From contig CBDBDQ010000005.1 of assembly GCA_965203905.1 (NCBI GenBank), positions 3,712,001 to 3,776,000 on the forward strand: a stretch of DNA of 64,000 nucleotides. The letters run 5' to 3'. Made by a program: the position numbers and the translations under genes. The stretch comes from Spirochaetia bacterium (GTDB taxonomy: Bacteria; Spirochaetota; Spirochaetia; SZUA-6; Bin103). Position 1 is the stretch's first letter. Every line of letters begins with the position of its first letter. Shown here one piece after another: positions 45,338 through 56,506 of this stretch. The notes below the pieces were generated by a model. That model was not told where the DNA came from. It saw nothing but the letters and a program-made list of their open reading frames with translations, and made no database searches.

Positions 45338-48099
45338 CTGACCACAACCGTACTCCCGAGCAGCGGGCGCGCGCGACCATCGACACCAAGCTGGAGCAAG
45401 CGGGATGGTGTGTGCAGTCGATGGGGAAGATCGACTTCAGTGCCGGCCCTGGGGTCGCGGTTCGCGAGTACCAGACCGACGTCGGTCCCGCCGACTACCT
45501 GCTGTTCGTTGAGCGCAAGCCCGTTGGGGTGATCGAGGCCAAGCCGGCGGATTGGGGCCAGAAGATAACCGCGGTGGAGGAGCAGTCCACCGGCTATGCC
45601 GAGGCCACGCTGAAGTGGCTGAGCAGCGCCGAGCCGCGGCCGTTCGTCTACGAGAGCACCGGCGCGCTCACCCGCTTCACCGACCGGCGCGATCCGAAGC
45701 CACGCTCACGAGAGGTTTTCAGCTTCCATCGGCCGGACACGATGCAGGAGTGGCTCGCGCAGCCGGGGTCGCTGCGCGCAAGGCTTCAGGGGCTTCCCGA
45801 CCTGGATCCCACGGGTCTGAGAAGGTGCCAGATCACCGCCGTCGAACGCCTCGAAGCCTCGTTCAAGCGGAACCACCCACGTGCACTGATGCAGATGGCC
45901 ACCGGCTCCGGCAAGACCTATACCGCCATCACCGCGGTCTACCGCCTCCTCAAGCACGCGGACGCCAAGCGCATCCTGTTCCTCGTCGACACCCGGAACC
46001 TGGGCGAGCAGGCGCACCAGGAGTTCATGGCCTACGTGCCGAGCGACGACAACCGCAAGTTCGTCGAGCTGTACAACGTGCAGCGGCTCACCTCGTCGTT
46101 CGTGGCCGGCGACAGCCAGGTCTGCATCAGCACCATCCAGCGCATGTACTCGATCCTCAAGGGCGAGGAGATGGACTCCGCGGCCGAGGAGATCAACCCT
46201 GCCGAGCTGGTGCAGCCGAGACAGCCTCGGCCGGTGGTCTACAGCCCCACGCTTCCGCCCGAGTTCTTCGACTTCATCATCATTGACGAGTGCCATCGCT
46301 CGATCTACGACCTCTGGCGCCAGGTGCTGGAGTACTTCGACGCCTACCTGATCGGTCTGACCGCGACACCCGACAACCGCACCTTCGGATTTTTCAGGAA
46401 GAACGTGGTCAGCGAGTATTCGCATGAGCAGGCCGTCGCCGACGGGGTCAACGTCGGCAATGAGGTGTACGTCGTCGAGACCGAGAGGACCCAGCTCGGA
46501 GGGCGCATTCGGGCGGGCCGCTCCGTCGAGAGGCGGGAGCGCCCGACGCGGCGGAAGCGCTGGGAGATCCAGGACGAGGAATATGCCTACGGTGCGCGGG
46601 AACTGGACCGCTCGGTGGTCAACCCGGACCAGATCCGCACCGTGATCCGCACCTTCCACGACAAGCTGCCGGAGATATTCCCGGGGCGCACAGAGGTCCC
46701 GAAGACGCTGGTCTTCGCCAAGACCGACAGCCACGCCGACGACATCATCCAGACCGTGCGCGAGGAGTTCGGCCAGGGCAACGAGTTCTGCCGCAAGATC
46801 ACCTACAAGGTGGACGGAGATCCGAAGTCGCTGCTCACGCAGTTCCGCAACGACTACTATCCGCGCATCGCTGTGACCGTGGACATGATCGCCACGGGCA
46901 CCGACGTGAAGCCGCTCGAATGCCTGGTCTTCATGCGCGACGTGCGCAGCCGCAACTACTTCGAGCAGATGAAGGGCCGTGGCACCCGCACCCTCGACCA
47001 CGACGACCTGCGGAAGGTGACACCATCCGCAGTCACCGCCAAGACCCACTATGTCATCGTGGACGCGGTCGGCGTCACCAAGTCCGTCAAGACCGACAGC
47101 GGCCCGCTCATCACCAAGCCCGGCGTGCCGCTCAAGGACCTCGCCATGGGCGTGATGATGGGCGCCCGCGACGAAGAGACGATCAGCTCCCTGGCCGGCC
47201 GCCTCGCCCGCCTCAACCGGCAGCTCGACGACGCCGAGCGGCGCCGCATCGAGGATCGGGCCGGCGGCGTGGAGCTGACCGACATCGTTGGCAACCTGCT
47301 GGCGGTCATCGACCCCGACCGGATCGAAGCCAAGGCGCGTGAGATCGATCCCCCGATAGGAGACGACGATCCGGCCCCGGCCGCCGTGGACGAAGCGCGT
47401 GACCTGCTCGCCGCCGACGCCGCCGGCGTGTTCACCGGCGAGCTGATCGACCTGATCGACTCGATCCGTCGCGACAAGGAACAGACCATCGATCACGACA
47501 GCCTGGACACCGTGCAGCGCGCCGAGTGGGAAGGCGACGCCCAGGAGAACGCGCAGGCCCTGGTGCAGGACTTCCGCGAGTACCTGGAAGCCAACCGCGA
47601 CCAGATCGAAGCGCTGACTATCTTCTACAGCCAGCCGCACCGCCGCCGCGAAGTGACCTATGCCATGATTCGTACCGTGCTCGACAAGCTGAAGGGTGAT
47701 AAGCCACGACTCGCGCCCCTGCGGGTCTGGCGCGCCTACGCGCTGCTCGACGACTACCGGGGCCAACAGCCGGACAAGGAGCTCGCGGCCCTCGTCGCCC
47801 TGATCCGCCGCGTCTGCGGCATCGACAAGGCGCTCTCGCCCTACGCCGAGACCGTACGCCGCAACTTCCAGACCTGGATCATGACCCGCCACAGCGGCAG
47901 CGGCGAGAAGTTCAACGACCAGCAGATGACATGGCTGCGCATGATCCGCGACCACGTCGCCACCTCCTTCCACCTCGACCGCGACGACCTCGAAATGGCC
48001 CCCTTCGACGCCCAGGGCGGCCTGGGCCGCATGTACCATCTCTTCGGCAACCGCATGGACAGCGTCATCGACGAACTGAACGACGCACTGGCCGGATGA
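45334..48099 (+). CDS. hsdR: Type I restriction enzyme R subunit (EcoEI/EcoAI-like)
   Basis: PD-(D/E)xK GPADY...IEAK, MATGSGKT, DECH, LTATP, EQMKGRGTR, EcoEI-type C-terminus (PFDAQGGLG). Confidence 0.95.
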   Translation: MTDHNRTPEQRARATIDTKLEQAGWCVQSMGKIDFSAGPGVAVREYQTDVGPADYLLFVERKPVGVIEAKPADWGQKITAVEEQSTGYAEATLKWLSSAEPRPFVYESTGALTRFTDRRDPKPRSREVFSFHRPDTMQEWLAQPGSLRARLQGLPDLDPTGLRRCQITAVERLEASFKRNHPRALMQMATGSGKTYTAITAVYRLLKHADAKRILFLVDTRNLGEQAHQEFMAYVPSDDNRKFVELYNVQRLTSSFVAGDSQVCISTIQRMYSILKGEEMDSAAEEINPAELVQPRQPRPVVYSPTLPPEFFDFIIIDECHRSIYDLWRQVLEYFDAYLIGLTATPDNRTFGFFRKNVVSEYSHEQAVADGVNVGNEVYVVETERTQLGGRIRAGRSVERRERPTRRKRWEIQDEEYAYGARELDRSVVNPDQIRTVIRTFHDKLPEIFPGRTEVPKTLVFAKTDSHADDIIQTVREEFGQGNEFCRKITYKVDGDPKSLLTQFRNDYYPRIAVTVDMIATGTDVKPLECLVFMRDVRSRNYFEQMKGRGTRTLDHDDLRKVTPSAVTAKTHYVIVDAVGVTKSVKTDSGPLITKPGVPLKDLAMGVMMGARDEETISSLAGRLARLNRQLDDAERRRIEDRAGGVELTDIVGNLLAVIDPDRIEAKAREIDPPIGDDDPAPAAVDEARDLLAADAAGVFTGELIDLIDSIRRDKEQTIDHDSLDTVQRAEWEGDAQENAQALVQDFREYLEANRDQIEALTIFYSQPHRRREVTYAMIRTVLDKLKGDKPRLAPLRVWRAYALLDDYRGQQPDKELAALVALIRRVCGIDKALSPYAETVRRNFQTWIMTRHSGSGEKFNDQQMTWLRMIRDHVATSFHLDRDDLEMAPFDAQGGLGRMYHLFGNRMDSVIDELNDALAG

Positions 48100-49685
48100 T
48101 GGCGAACTCCGAAAACACGCTGCCGCCTGGTTGGACCACCTGTACGCTCAGAGAAGTGACACTACCTGTGTCGAGAATAGACCCCAAGGAAGAACCTGCC
48201 CAACGTATCGACTATATCGACATATCCTCGATTGATAACGTCCGAAACGTTGTCGAGAGCGCCAAGAGCTACCGAATCTCCGATGCACCATCGCGAGCAC
48301 GTCAGATCGTACACGGAGGCGACGTCCTTTTTTCTACTGTTCGTCCGTACTTGCGCAACGTCGCTCGCGTACCCAACAAGTACCATAAGCAAATTGCCTC
48401 TACCGGGTTTTCGGTGCTAAGGGCCGCGAAGGGTGTCGTTCCGGGATTTCTTTTCTACAAGGCTATCTCCCGAGATTTCGTGGATGCCCTTGCGCGGGTG
48501 CAGTACGGAGTGAGCTATCCGGCGGTGAAAGATGAGCAAGTTCGCGATCAGGTGATCTTCCTGCCACCTACAGCTGAACAGCGGCGGATCGTCACCAAGA
48601 TCGAAGAACTCCTCTCCGAACTTGACAACGGGGTGGCGATGCTGAAGACAACACGTGAGCAGCTCGGGACTTACCGTAAAGCCGTGCTCAAGCATGCTTT
48701 CGAGGGCAAGCTAACGTCGCATTGGCGAGAAGGGAACACGGATAAACTGGAGTCATCCGAGCAAGTGCGTTGTCGCATCAATCGGCAGCGGGCTGCGCGT
48801 TACGATCGGCAGATCCGGGAATGGAAGGATGTCATCCAGGCGTGGCAGACAGGCCGAGGATCCCGCAAGAGACCAGTGAGGCCCCGGCACCGCAGAGAGA
48901 TGGCTCAGGCTTCCGGGAGTACAATCAATGGACTGCCACGGCTGCCTTACGGATGGCAGTGGGTAAGGCTTCACAGCATCGCTGAAGTATCGGGCGGTCT
49001 TACAAAAAATCAGAAGCGGCATGACCTTCCTCGCAAGATGAAATATCTCCGAGTTGCTAACGTCTACCCAGACAAGATACTAATTGATGACGTCCGCGAG
49101 ATTGGTGTTACTGCAGAGGAGTCAAGAAGTGTTACGCTTGAAGCAGGTGATCTACTCATAGTAGAAGGGAATGGCAGCATTGAACAGATCGGGCGAGTTG
49201 CGATGTGGCACGGAGAACTCCCTGTCTGTGGGCATCAGAACCACTTAATAAGAGTGCGACTTGCAACAGAGTCGGACCCGCGCCTTATCCTCCATTTCCT
49301 GCTTTCACCGATTGGTCGCGATCTCATTGTGAAGGAAGCTAGTTCCACTTCGGGACTGCACACGCTGAGCATCTCCAAGGTGGGGAATCTTTTTGTTCCC
49401 GTCACAAGTGTCGCTGAAGAATCAGAAGTCGTCTTTCGGGTTGACACTGAACTCTCACGAATTGACAAGGCAGTCGAAGAAATCGATTCACAGTTGGCTA
49501 AGTCGACTGTACTCCGAGATTCGATCCTGAAGAAGGCTTTTTTCGGCCAACTTGTGCCACAGGACCCCACCGACGAGCCCGCGTTAGTGCTCCTGGACCG
49601 TATCACGACTGAGCGAGGTCAGATAGCGAGTAGGGCGATGCCCCGTAAGACTGAAAAGCGGAAGAAGACCAAGGTCGCGGTATGA
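48096..49685 (+). CDS. hsdS: Type I restriction enzyme specificity subunit
   Basis: LPPGW TRD1, LPPTAEQRRIV, LPYGWQW TRD2, SILKKAFFGQLVPQDPTDEPA; lower GC than its neighbours. Confidence 0.93.
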   Translation: MMANSENTLPPGWTTCTLREVTLPVSRIDPKEEPAQRIDYIDISSIDNVRNVVESAKSYRISDAPSRARQIVHGGDVLFSTVRPYLRNVARVPNKYHKQIASTGFSVLRAAKGVVPGFLFYKAISRDFVDALARVQYGVSYPAVKDEQVRDQVIFLPPTAEQRRIVTKIEELLSELDNGVAMLKTTREQLGTYRKAVLKHAFEGKLTSHWREGNTDKLESSEQVRCRINRQRAARYDRQIREWKDVIQAWQTGRGSRKRPVRPRHRREMAQASGSTINGLPRLPYGWQWVRLHSIAEVSGGLTKNQKRHDLPRKMKYLRVANVYPDKILIDDVREIGVTAEESRSVTLEAGDLLIVEGNGSIEQIGRVAMWHGELPVCGHQNHLIRVRLATESDPRLILHFLLSPIGRDLIVKEASSTSGLHTLSISKVGNLFVPVTSVAEESEVVFRVDTELSRIDKAVEEIDSQLAKSTVLRDSILKKAFFGQLVPQDPTDEPALVLLDRITTERGQIASRAMPRKTEKRKKTKVAV

Positions 49686-51289
49686 CCGGGACGCTCCCGG
49701 TCAACCTTCAGGATCTCTTGAGTCAGCGCACCATCGAAGGCGAACGGGTCGAGTACAAGGCGGGCTGGAATCCGGTACGTGTGCTACATACCATCTGTGC
49801 GTTCGCGAACGATTTTCACAATTTAGGCGGCGGTTACGTGGTGTTGGGTGTTGAGGAGAGCGACGGGCTGCCGGTGCTGCCACCGACGGGCATCGGTCCC
49901 GAACGGATCGACGCGGTGCAGAACGAGCTGTTGAGGCTCGGCCAGTCGGCCATTCAGCCGCATTACCATCCCCTCACGGGCGTCTACGAGGTCGAAGGCC
50001 GGACGATCCTCGTGCTGTGGGCACCCGGCGGCGAGACACGTCCGTACAAGGCCAGAGTCAGTCTGGCACGCGGCGCGAAGGAGTGGGCGTACTACATTCG
50101 CCGGCACAGCAGTACGGTTCGAGCTAAAGGCGCGGACGAACGCGAACTATTGTCCCTGGCCGCTACAGTACCGTTCGACGACCGCTACCAGCAGGCAGCA
50201 ACGCTGAATGCACTTTCACTACGTCTGATCGAACGATTTCTTCGTGACGTAGGGAGTGACCTCGCGTTGGACACAGAGCTCTCGACGGAGGCCCTGGGGC
50301 GCCGTATGAATATCGTCGGCGGTCCGTCGGAGGCGTGCTTTCCGAAGAATGTCGGGTTGCTGTTCTTCAACGAGACGCCGCACCGCTTCTTTCCCGCAAC
50401 GCAGATCGATGTCGTGTGGTTTCCCGATGGTCCCGGCGGCGACCGCTTCGAGGAGAAGGAGTTTCGCGGTCCGTTAGCGGTCATCCTGCGCGAGGCGATC
50501 GAGTTTATAGACCGGAACTACCTCAAGGAAACCGTCATCAAGCATCCACATCAGCCGGAAGCAGAGCGATTCTGGAACTTCCCCCTAGCGGCTATCGAGG
50601 AAGCCCTGGTGAACGCGATCTACCACCGCTCGTACGAGGAGCGTGAGCCGGTAGAGGTGCGTATCACGCCGCAGGAACTGACGATCTTGAGCTTTCCCGG
50701 CGCCGACCGGTCGATCCGCATGGAAGATCTGCAGACCGGACGCGCGATCAGCCGCCGTTACCGGAACCGGCGCATCGGCGAGTTTCTGAAGGAGCTCGAT
50801 CTGGCCGAGGGACGGTCTACGGGCATTCCCAAGATCCTGCGCGCAATGAGCGAGAACGGTTCACCGGCTCCGGTCTTCGAGAGCGACGACGACCGGACTT
50901 GGTTCCTGGTACGCCTTCCGGTACATAACGCCGCGCACAGCGCGCCGACCGTACAACGTACCGAACAAGACGACGAACAAGATACCGGGCAAGCGACCGA
51001 ACATGAGACCGTACAAGACACCGAACATGACGCCCAGCAAGTCACCGAGCATGTTGAGCGCTTGGTAGGAGCCCTCGCGAGAGAGATGGGGCGTGCCGAA
51101 TTGCAGTCTGTCTTGAGACTTACGCACCGCCCCCACTTCATCACTTCGTATCTTCGTCCCGCCCTCGAAGCTGGGATGATTGAGATGACACTGCCGGACA
51201 AACCAACGAGCAGGCACCAGCGTTATCGGCGCACCGCGGCCGGTGAGACTCTGGCACAGCACACCACAGGCAAGGACTCCTCTCCATGA
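49682..51289 (+). CDS. AlbA_2/Schlafen-like domain + HATPase_c_4 (RecG_C-like) + C-terminal wHTH protein
   Basis: EGERVEYKAG, TICAFANDFHNLGGGYVVLGV, AIEEALVNAIYHRSY, RYRNRRIGEFLK, EGRSTGIPKI, YLRPALEAG.IEMTLPDKPTS..QRY. Confidence 0.88.
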   Translation: MTGTLPVNLQDLLSQRTIEGERVEYKAGWNPVRVLHTICAFANDFHNLGGGYVVLGVEESDGLPVLPPTGIGPERIDAVQNELLRLGQSAIQPHYHPLTGVYEVEGRTILVLWAPGGETRPYKARVSLARGAKEWAYYIRRHSSTVRAKGADERELLSLAATVPFDDRYQQAATLNALSLRLIERFLRDVGSDLALDTELSTEALGRRMNIVGGPSEACFPKNVGLLFFNETPHRFFPATQIDVVWFPDGPGGDRFEEKEFRGPLAVILREAIEFIDRNYLKETVIKHPHQPEAERFWNFPLAAIEEALVNAIYHRSYEEREPVEVRITPQELTILSFPGADRSIRMEDLQTGRAISRRYRNRRIGEFLKELDLAEGRSTGIPKILRAMSENGSPAPVFESDDDRTWFLVRLPVHNAAHSAPTVQRTEQDDEQDTGQATEHETVQDTEHDAQQVTEHVERLVGALAREMGRAELQSVLRLTHRPHFITSYLRPALEAGMIEMTLPDKPTSRHQRYRRTAAGETLAQHTTGKDSSP

Positions 51290-52782
51290 ACACCGCCCCT
51301 ATCGTTTCGAGAGTCTGGAGCTTCTGCACCACGCTGCGCGATGACGGAGTGAGCTATGGGGACTACCTGGAGCAGCTCACCTATCTGATCTTCCTCAAGA
51401 TGGCGGACGAGTACGGCAAGCCGCCTTACCACCGCGACGTAGGCATTCCTCCCGCATATGACTGGCGGAGCCTGAAGACGAAGCGGGGCGCGGAACTCGA
51501 AGGCCACTACGTCACACTGCTGCGCGAACTTGGCACCCGGCGCGGCATGCTGGGGCAGATCTTCACCAAGGCGCAGAACAAGATTCAGGATCCGGCGAAG
51601 CTCTACCGCCTCATCGACATGGTGGACGACACCGACTGGGTCACGCTCGACGCCGACGTCAAGGGCGACATCTACGAGGGGCTGCTAGAGAAGAACGCCG
51701 AGGACACCAAGTCGGGCGCGGGCCAGTACTTCACGCCGCGCGCCCTGATCCGTGCCATGGTCGAGTGCGTGCGGCCGGAGCCGGACAAGCGCATCGCGGA
51801 CCCCGCGTGCGGCACCGGCGGGTTCTTCCTTGGCGCCTACGACTTCATCACCAACGAGGCCAAATTTACGCTCGACCGGGAGCAGAAGGCGTTTCTCAAG
51901 CACGGCACCTTCCAGGGCAACGAGATCGTCGCCAACACCCGGCGCCTATGCCTGATGAACCTGTTCCTGCACAACATCGGCGAAATCGACGGCGGCGCGC
52001 CCATCTCGTCGAACGACTCGCTGGTCGCCGACGATGGTGAGCGCTACGACTACGTGCTCGCGAATCCGCCGTTCGGCAGGAAGAGCGCCCTGAGCTTCAC
52101 GAACGAGGAGGGCGAGCAGGAGACTGACGACCTGACCTACAATCGGCAGGACTTCTGGGCCACCACGTCAAACAAACAGCTCAACTTTGTGCAGCACATC
52201 CGTACCATGCTCAAGACCACCGGCCGCGCCGCCGTCGTGGTGCCGGACAACGTGCTGTTCGAAGGCGGCGCAGGCGAGACGATCCGCCGGAAGCTGCTCG
52301 ACACCACCGACCTGCACACCATCCTGCGCCTGCCGACCGGCGTGTTCTACGCCCAGGGCGTAAAGGCCAACGTGATCTTCTTCGACAATCGCGAAGCCAG
52401 CCCCGACCCCTGGACCAAGCGGGTCTGGTACTATGACTACCGCACGAACATCCACCACACGCTGAAGAAGAAGCCGATGCGCTTTGAGGACCTGGCGGAC
52501 TTCATCAAGTGCTACAACCCGCAGAACCGACACGAGCGCACGGCGACCTGGGACGAGAACACCGCACCGGACGGACGCTGGCGCAGCTACGCCTACGAGG
52601 ACATCATTGCCCGCGACAAGACCAGCCTCGACATCGTCTGGCTTAAGGACAAGAGCCTTATCGACCTGCATAACCTGCCAGAGCCCGAAGACTTGGCCGC
52701 CGAGATCATAGAGAACCTCGAATCCGGCTTGGAGAGCTTCCGCAGGGTTTTCGAACGTCTCGACCATCGGAAGATTGAGTAG
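51286..52782 (+). CDS. hsdM: Type I RM N6-adenine methyltransferase
   Basis: GQYFTPR, DPACGTGGF, NPPF. Confidence 0.95.
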   Translation: MNTAPIVSRVWSFCTTLRDDGVSYGDYLEQLTYLIFLKMADEYGKPPYHRDVGIPPAYDWRSLKTKRGAELEGHYVTLLRELGTRRGMLGQIFTKAQNKIQDPAKLYRLIDMVDDTDWVTLDADVKGDIYEGLLEKNAEDTKSGAGQYFTPRALIRAMVECVRPEPDKRIADPACGTGGFFLGAYDFITNEAKFTLDREQKAFLKHGTFQGNEIVANTRRLCLMNLFLHNIGEIDGGAPISSNDSLVADDGERYDYVLANPPFGRKSALSFTNEEGEQETDDLTYNRQDFWATTSNKQLNFVQHIRTMLKTTGRAAVVVPDNVLFEGGAGETIRRKLLDTTDLHTILRLPTGVFYAQGVKANVIFFDNREASPDPWTKRVWYYDYRTNIHHTLKKKPMRFEDLADFIKCYNPQNRHERTATWDENTAPDGRWRSYAYEDIIARDKTSLDIVWLKDKSLIDLHNLPEPEDLAAEIIENLESGLESFRRVFERLDHRKIE

Positions 52783-53046
52783 GAAGATTGCAATGGTCAG
52801 AACAGAGAATGTACTATCCTCGTGCCCTAGAACCGAAACACAGTTGCAGGCCTAACAAGCATCCTGCAGATCCTAAGTAATGTGATTTTATACCAAATAC
52901 CGAGCTACAGTCGTTGTTTTGTTGGACTAAGAATCTCAACCGAAGTTACCGCAATCGACCTGATGCAACGGCAATGGAATCACGAGCATATCATCACTAG
53001 AACGGTACGTACCATGCCGGCCCCTCCGAGCTTCGCAACAGTCCCA

Positions 53047-56000
53047 TCATGACCCAAGTATAAACCGTCGAATTGCTAGTAGGACCATCTCTTCTTCGTC
53101 ATGTATGTGCCCGACACTATCAGACCGTAGCCACTGTCTCCTTGTATCGACTACCCACGATCTGAGATCATCGTCCGTAGCGGCTTGAATTGACATAGGA
53201 AATCTCCGTGAAAGTAGTCGAGACGCTCGTCGAAGTCGAACGCCAAAGCGATACCAAGCAAGCGTCTCAGGCGAATCACAGCCATACTTGATGCACATTG
53301 GCAAACACGAGAGCGATAGTGGCACCACTCCGTTACGGTGTTGCTCGACCACAGCAAGAAGTCCGCCTGCAATCACCGCTAAGGACGACCAAGTTTCGCC
53401 TACAATGGACAACGCTTTGGGTAGGGGTTTCCCTGGACCTCGATCGCTAGAAATCGTATCGCTTGAGCATCCGCAAATGATTGCGGCGATATCCACGATG
53501 GGGTGACCTTTCATCCACGCTCGAAGGGGCGCTAATGAAGTAGACCACGCGAGTCTCCAAGCGTCAAGTTGCTCAGGTCGAAGTTCATCCGCAAGGAAGA
53601 CGCCATCATCTAATTTGGCGAACTCCTCGGAGATGTTTTTCAAACGTTCCTTTGGGATGTGACGAGAGAGATGTAGTGGAGGTATTTCGTGTACAATCTG
53701 TACAAGGATATCTACCCATTGTAACACTGAAAGAGACCCTATGGATTCCGAGAACTCTTCATGTCTAGACATCCATGTCCGTCCAATCGACAGAATCACA
53801 AAAAAATCCAGTCCCGCGCGTTGGGCGGCTACTTTAAGCCAACTCGGTGATCGAGTTTCTTCCATGAACTGTTCACCAATGGCTACCACATTACGAGCAT
53901 CTTCCGGCGTCACAGCAGAGAAATCCGCGCGGGACCTAAGATAAGCAGCGAAAGTGTTGTTTAGGACAACGTGGGGCTCGAGTTCAGAGTGATCGTCGCC
54001 TCCTATCAACGACATCACCTGTAGATCGAGGGCACTTGCCGTTCTGGTAGTCAGAGAGTGTTCGCACACCTGATCGAGAAAGCCGCGGAGGCCGCTTTCG
54101 ACGGAAATGCAAGCGTCGGTCTTCTGAAGGTAATCAGTACTGCGTCGCGCTTGTAGGACATCGTCGAAATCTTGGAAGTGAATGGGTTTGTCAGGAATGG
54201 CTATCACGACTCCTTGATTCGCGAAACCAGCGCGTCCGGCTCGCCCTGCGGCGTTTAGGAGCTGTGACAATCGCCGTTTCTGTGCTTCGACGGTATTTTG
54301 TTCACGGGGATCTCCGATACGTGTGCCGGCGATGACCACTGCAATCGCGGGTAAATTGAGTCCTTGAGCAAGCGTGCCGGTTGCATACATAAGCGGGCAA
54401 TATGACGTACGAAACGCAGCCTCAGATCCGATTTTCTCAGTCTCAAGCATAATTGATGTATGGACAGCTATTCCTCGAGTCAGTAATTCGAAAACCATCG
54501 ATGTATGCCCGAGTTCGTATTCTGACAATGTCTTACAAATAGTAACGATTGGGGTCGATTGGGGTCGATTCTCTACTACGTGCTGAGGTAGCTGAAGCTT
54601 CCTCGCGTTCACAAACGGATAATGTCTGTTGGCCGGCGTGAACACAAGCGTTTGAATCCCGCCATTTATGAAAGTCGATGCGATGGCGGTGGCTGTCCCG
54701 TTTACCCAGCTCTTAGATTCAATCTTATAATTCCACGGACGGTTAGAGAGACGGGATCGTACCATCGCGAGCGGGGCCGTACAGTCGATTGGTATAACAG
54801 CATAGTCAGGCTCATCGGTTGAATTCCAGGCACCGCGGAGGCTTACGGCAAGAGCACATGCGGGATTGAAGTCCAGTCTCTTGCGTCGTTTTGGCATGAG
54901 TGATAACCGCTGTTCTGCATCCTTTGCTGTTCGAATTAGTGAATTATAATCTACGCCAAGAACGGTACGAAGACTCCGGGTAGGACGCCACTTGATCTCA
55001 ATAGAGGTGCCACTCCCTTGAGTGGCTGTAGACAACCATTCCACAAGAGATGCAGGATTCTGGACTAACGCGGACATGAGAAGGAATCGTGCCGAAGAGA
55101 TGCAGATTAGCTGACCAAGGAGTATTTCTGCCAAGGGTCCGCGATATTCGGTATCACCGAGGAGATGGCACTCGTCAAAGACAACAAGCCGACAGTTGGA
55201 AAAAGCATGGGGAGATATGCGCACAGCCAACGCACACTTCTCAGGGGTCATGACTGCGACTGAATTGACTGGCATTTCGTTTACGCGGTCGTTCGAGAGG
55301 ACGGAATACTCGCGGTCACCAATAAATGCATAGACGCTCGTGCCAAGCGCCGCTAGTCCGTCCCTGAGGTCACCACGTACCTGCTCTGCGAGAGCGTTAG
55401 TTGGCGTGAGGTAGAGTGCCCAACCATTAGCGATCGCCTGCGATACAGCGAGCTCCGCGATGAACGACTTGCCACTGCCGGTTGGCATGGATACGACTAC
55501 ATGGCGAGAATCACCAACCACCGCTTTCTCGATATAGCTGAGAGCCGAAGGCCACAGCACCGCCCGACTACCCGTGCCCTCGTCCCCTATCGCCCGCGCC
55601 TGTAGGTAGTGTGAATACAGGTTTGGCTCCCACTCTGGTGGACGTGGAACAACGTGAACGAGAGCGCGTTGGCCTATGTCCGGCGCACAGAGCCGGAGAA
55701 GCCTACAGAGGTGATGAATCCGCGAAAACTCGGAGCCCGTAAGTGACGTGGAACCGTCCGAACTAACGAGCGCCTCAATCATGTCGTCGAGGAGCTCAAT
55801 CGGAAACACCTCCGATGATGCGCCATTTGTAAGCCAATCGGTGAACTGTCGAACAATGTCTGCGAGCATCCTATAGAGTCGCACGATGGTGTCAGTCGTT
55901 AGCCCCGCAACCGATTCGTACTGTACAAACTCATTATCGGATGGTGTCACGATTTCGACGGGTTGGTACAGCTCAAGTCTACATAGCCGCTCAAGCGCAC

Positions 56001-56489
56001 GGAAGCAGTAGTCAGCCGCCATAGCCACCGAGTTATCCATCACCTGTACGTTGCGAGGTCCGTACGAAAGAACGCCACGAGCACAGGAATCGTAACGTGC
56101 ATACAAGTAGAGCAATCCAGACTCTATCCGCGCAAACCGCTCCATAAAGCCGATTGAGCCGCGAGTCTCGTTGTCAGAATCTGACGAAACTTCTACGGCA
56201 GCAATAAAGTCCGCCATAAGGGCGATTGCCTCAGAGGCTACAAATGCAGCGGCACGTCTGTCGGGATTTGATCGTTCTTCGCGTAACACGATGTGAAATA
56301 TTAGCGTATTCGCTATACGGCGAAGATGAGGTTGAGTCTGCGCTAATTCTTCAGAAGAAACAGAACCGTTGACACGGAGTCGAAGGATAGTAAGGTATGC
56401 TCTTGAGAGTACACGAGAAGAGAAATCGACAGAAACCCATCAAACTCGGGCACATCGTCGAATAGCTCTCGCGCATATTCGTCGAACAC
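53047..56489 (-). CDS. Ski2-like DEAD/DEAH helicase (Hachiman HamB-like), apparent single-base frameshift near the 5' end
   Basis: MPTGSGKS, DECH, MSA, ATGTLAQGLNLP, AGRAGRAG. GTG 56489 starts MFDEYARELFDDVPEFDGF, which joins the main frame (SVDFSSRVLSRAYL...) if one T is added at 56433-56435. Confidence 0.82.
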
Positions 56490-56506
56490 TTCGTCTTATC
56501 AAATAC

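Noticed and set aside
45706-48039. Long antisense or alternative-frame ORFs (e.g. 777 aa opposite hsdR, 724 aa opposite the ABC exporter, 614-657 aa opposite the SBPs)
   Set aside because: Shadow ORFs expected at high GC; they have no motifs and overlap well-supported genes.
42107-49685. Invertible hsdS shufflon
   Set aside because: The extra TRD fragment is short and in direct orientation, and no recombinase or inverted repeats were seen.
54546-54570. 10-bp tandem repeat (cgattggggt x2.5) in the helicase as a phase-variation tract
   Set aside because: Too few copies and the frame is intact; likely chance or a compensated duplication.
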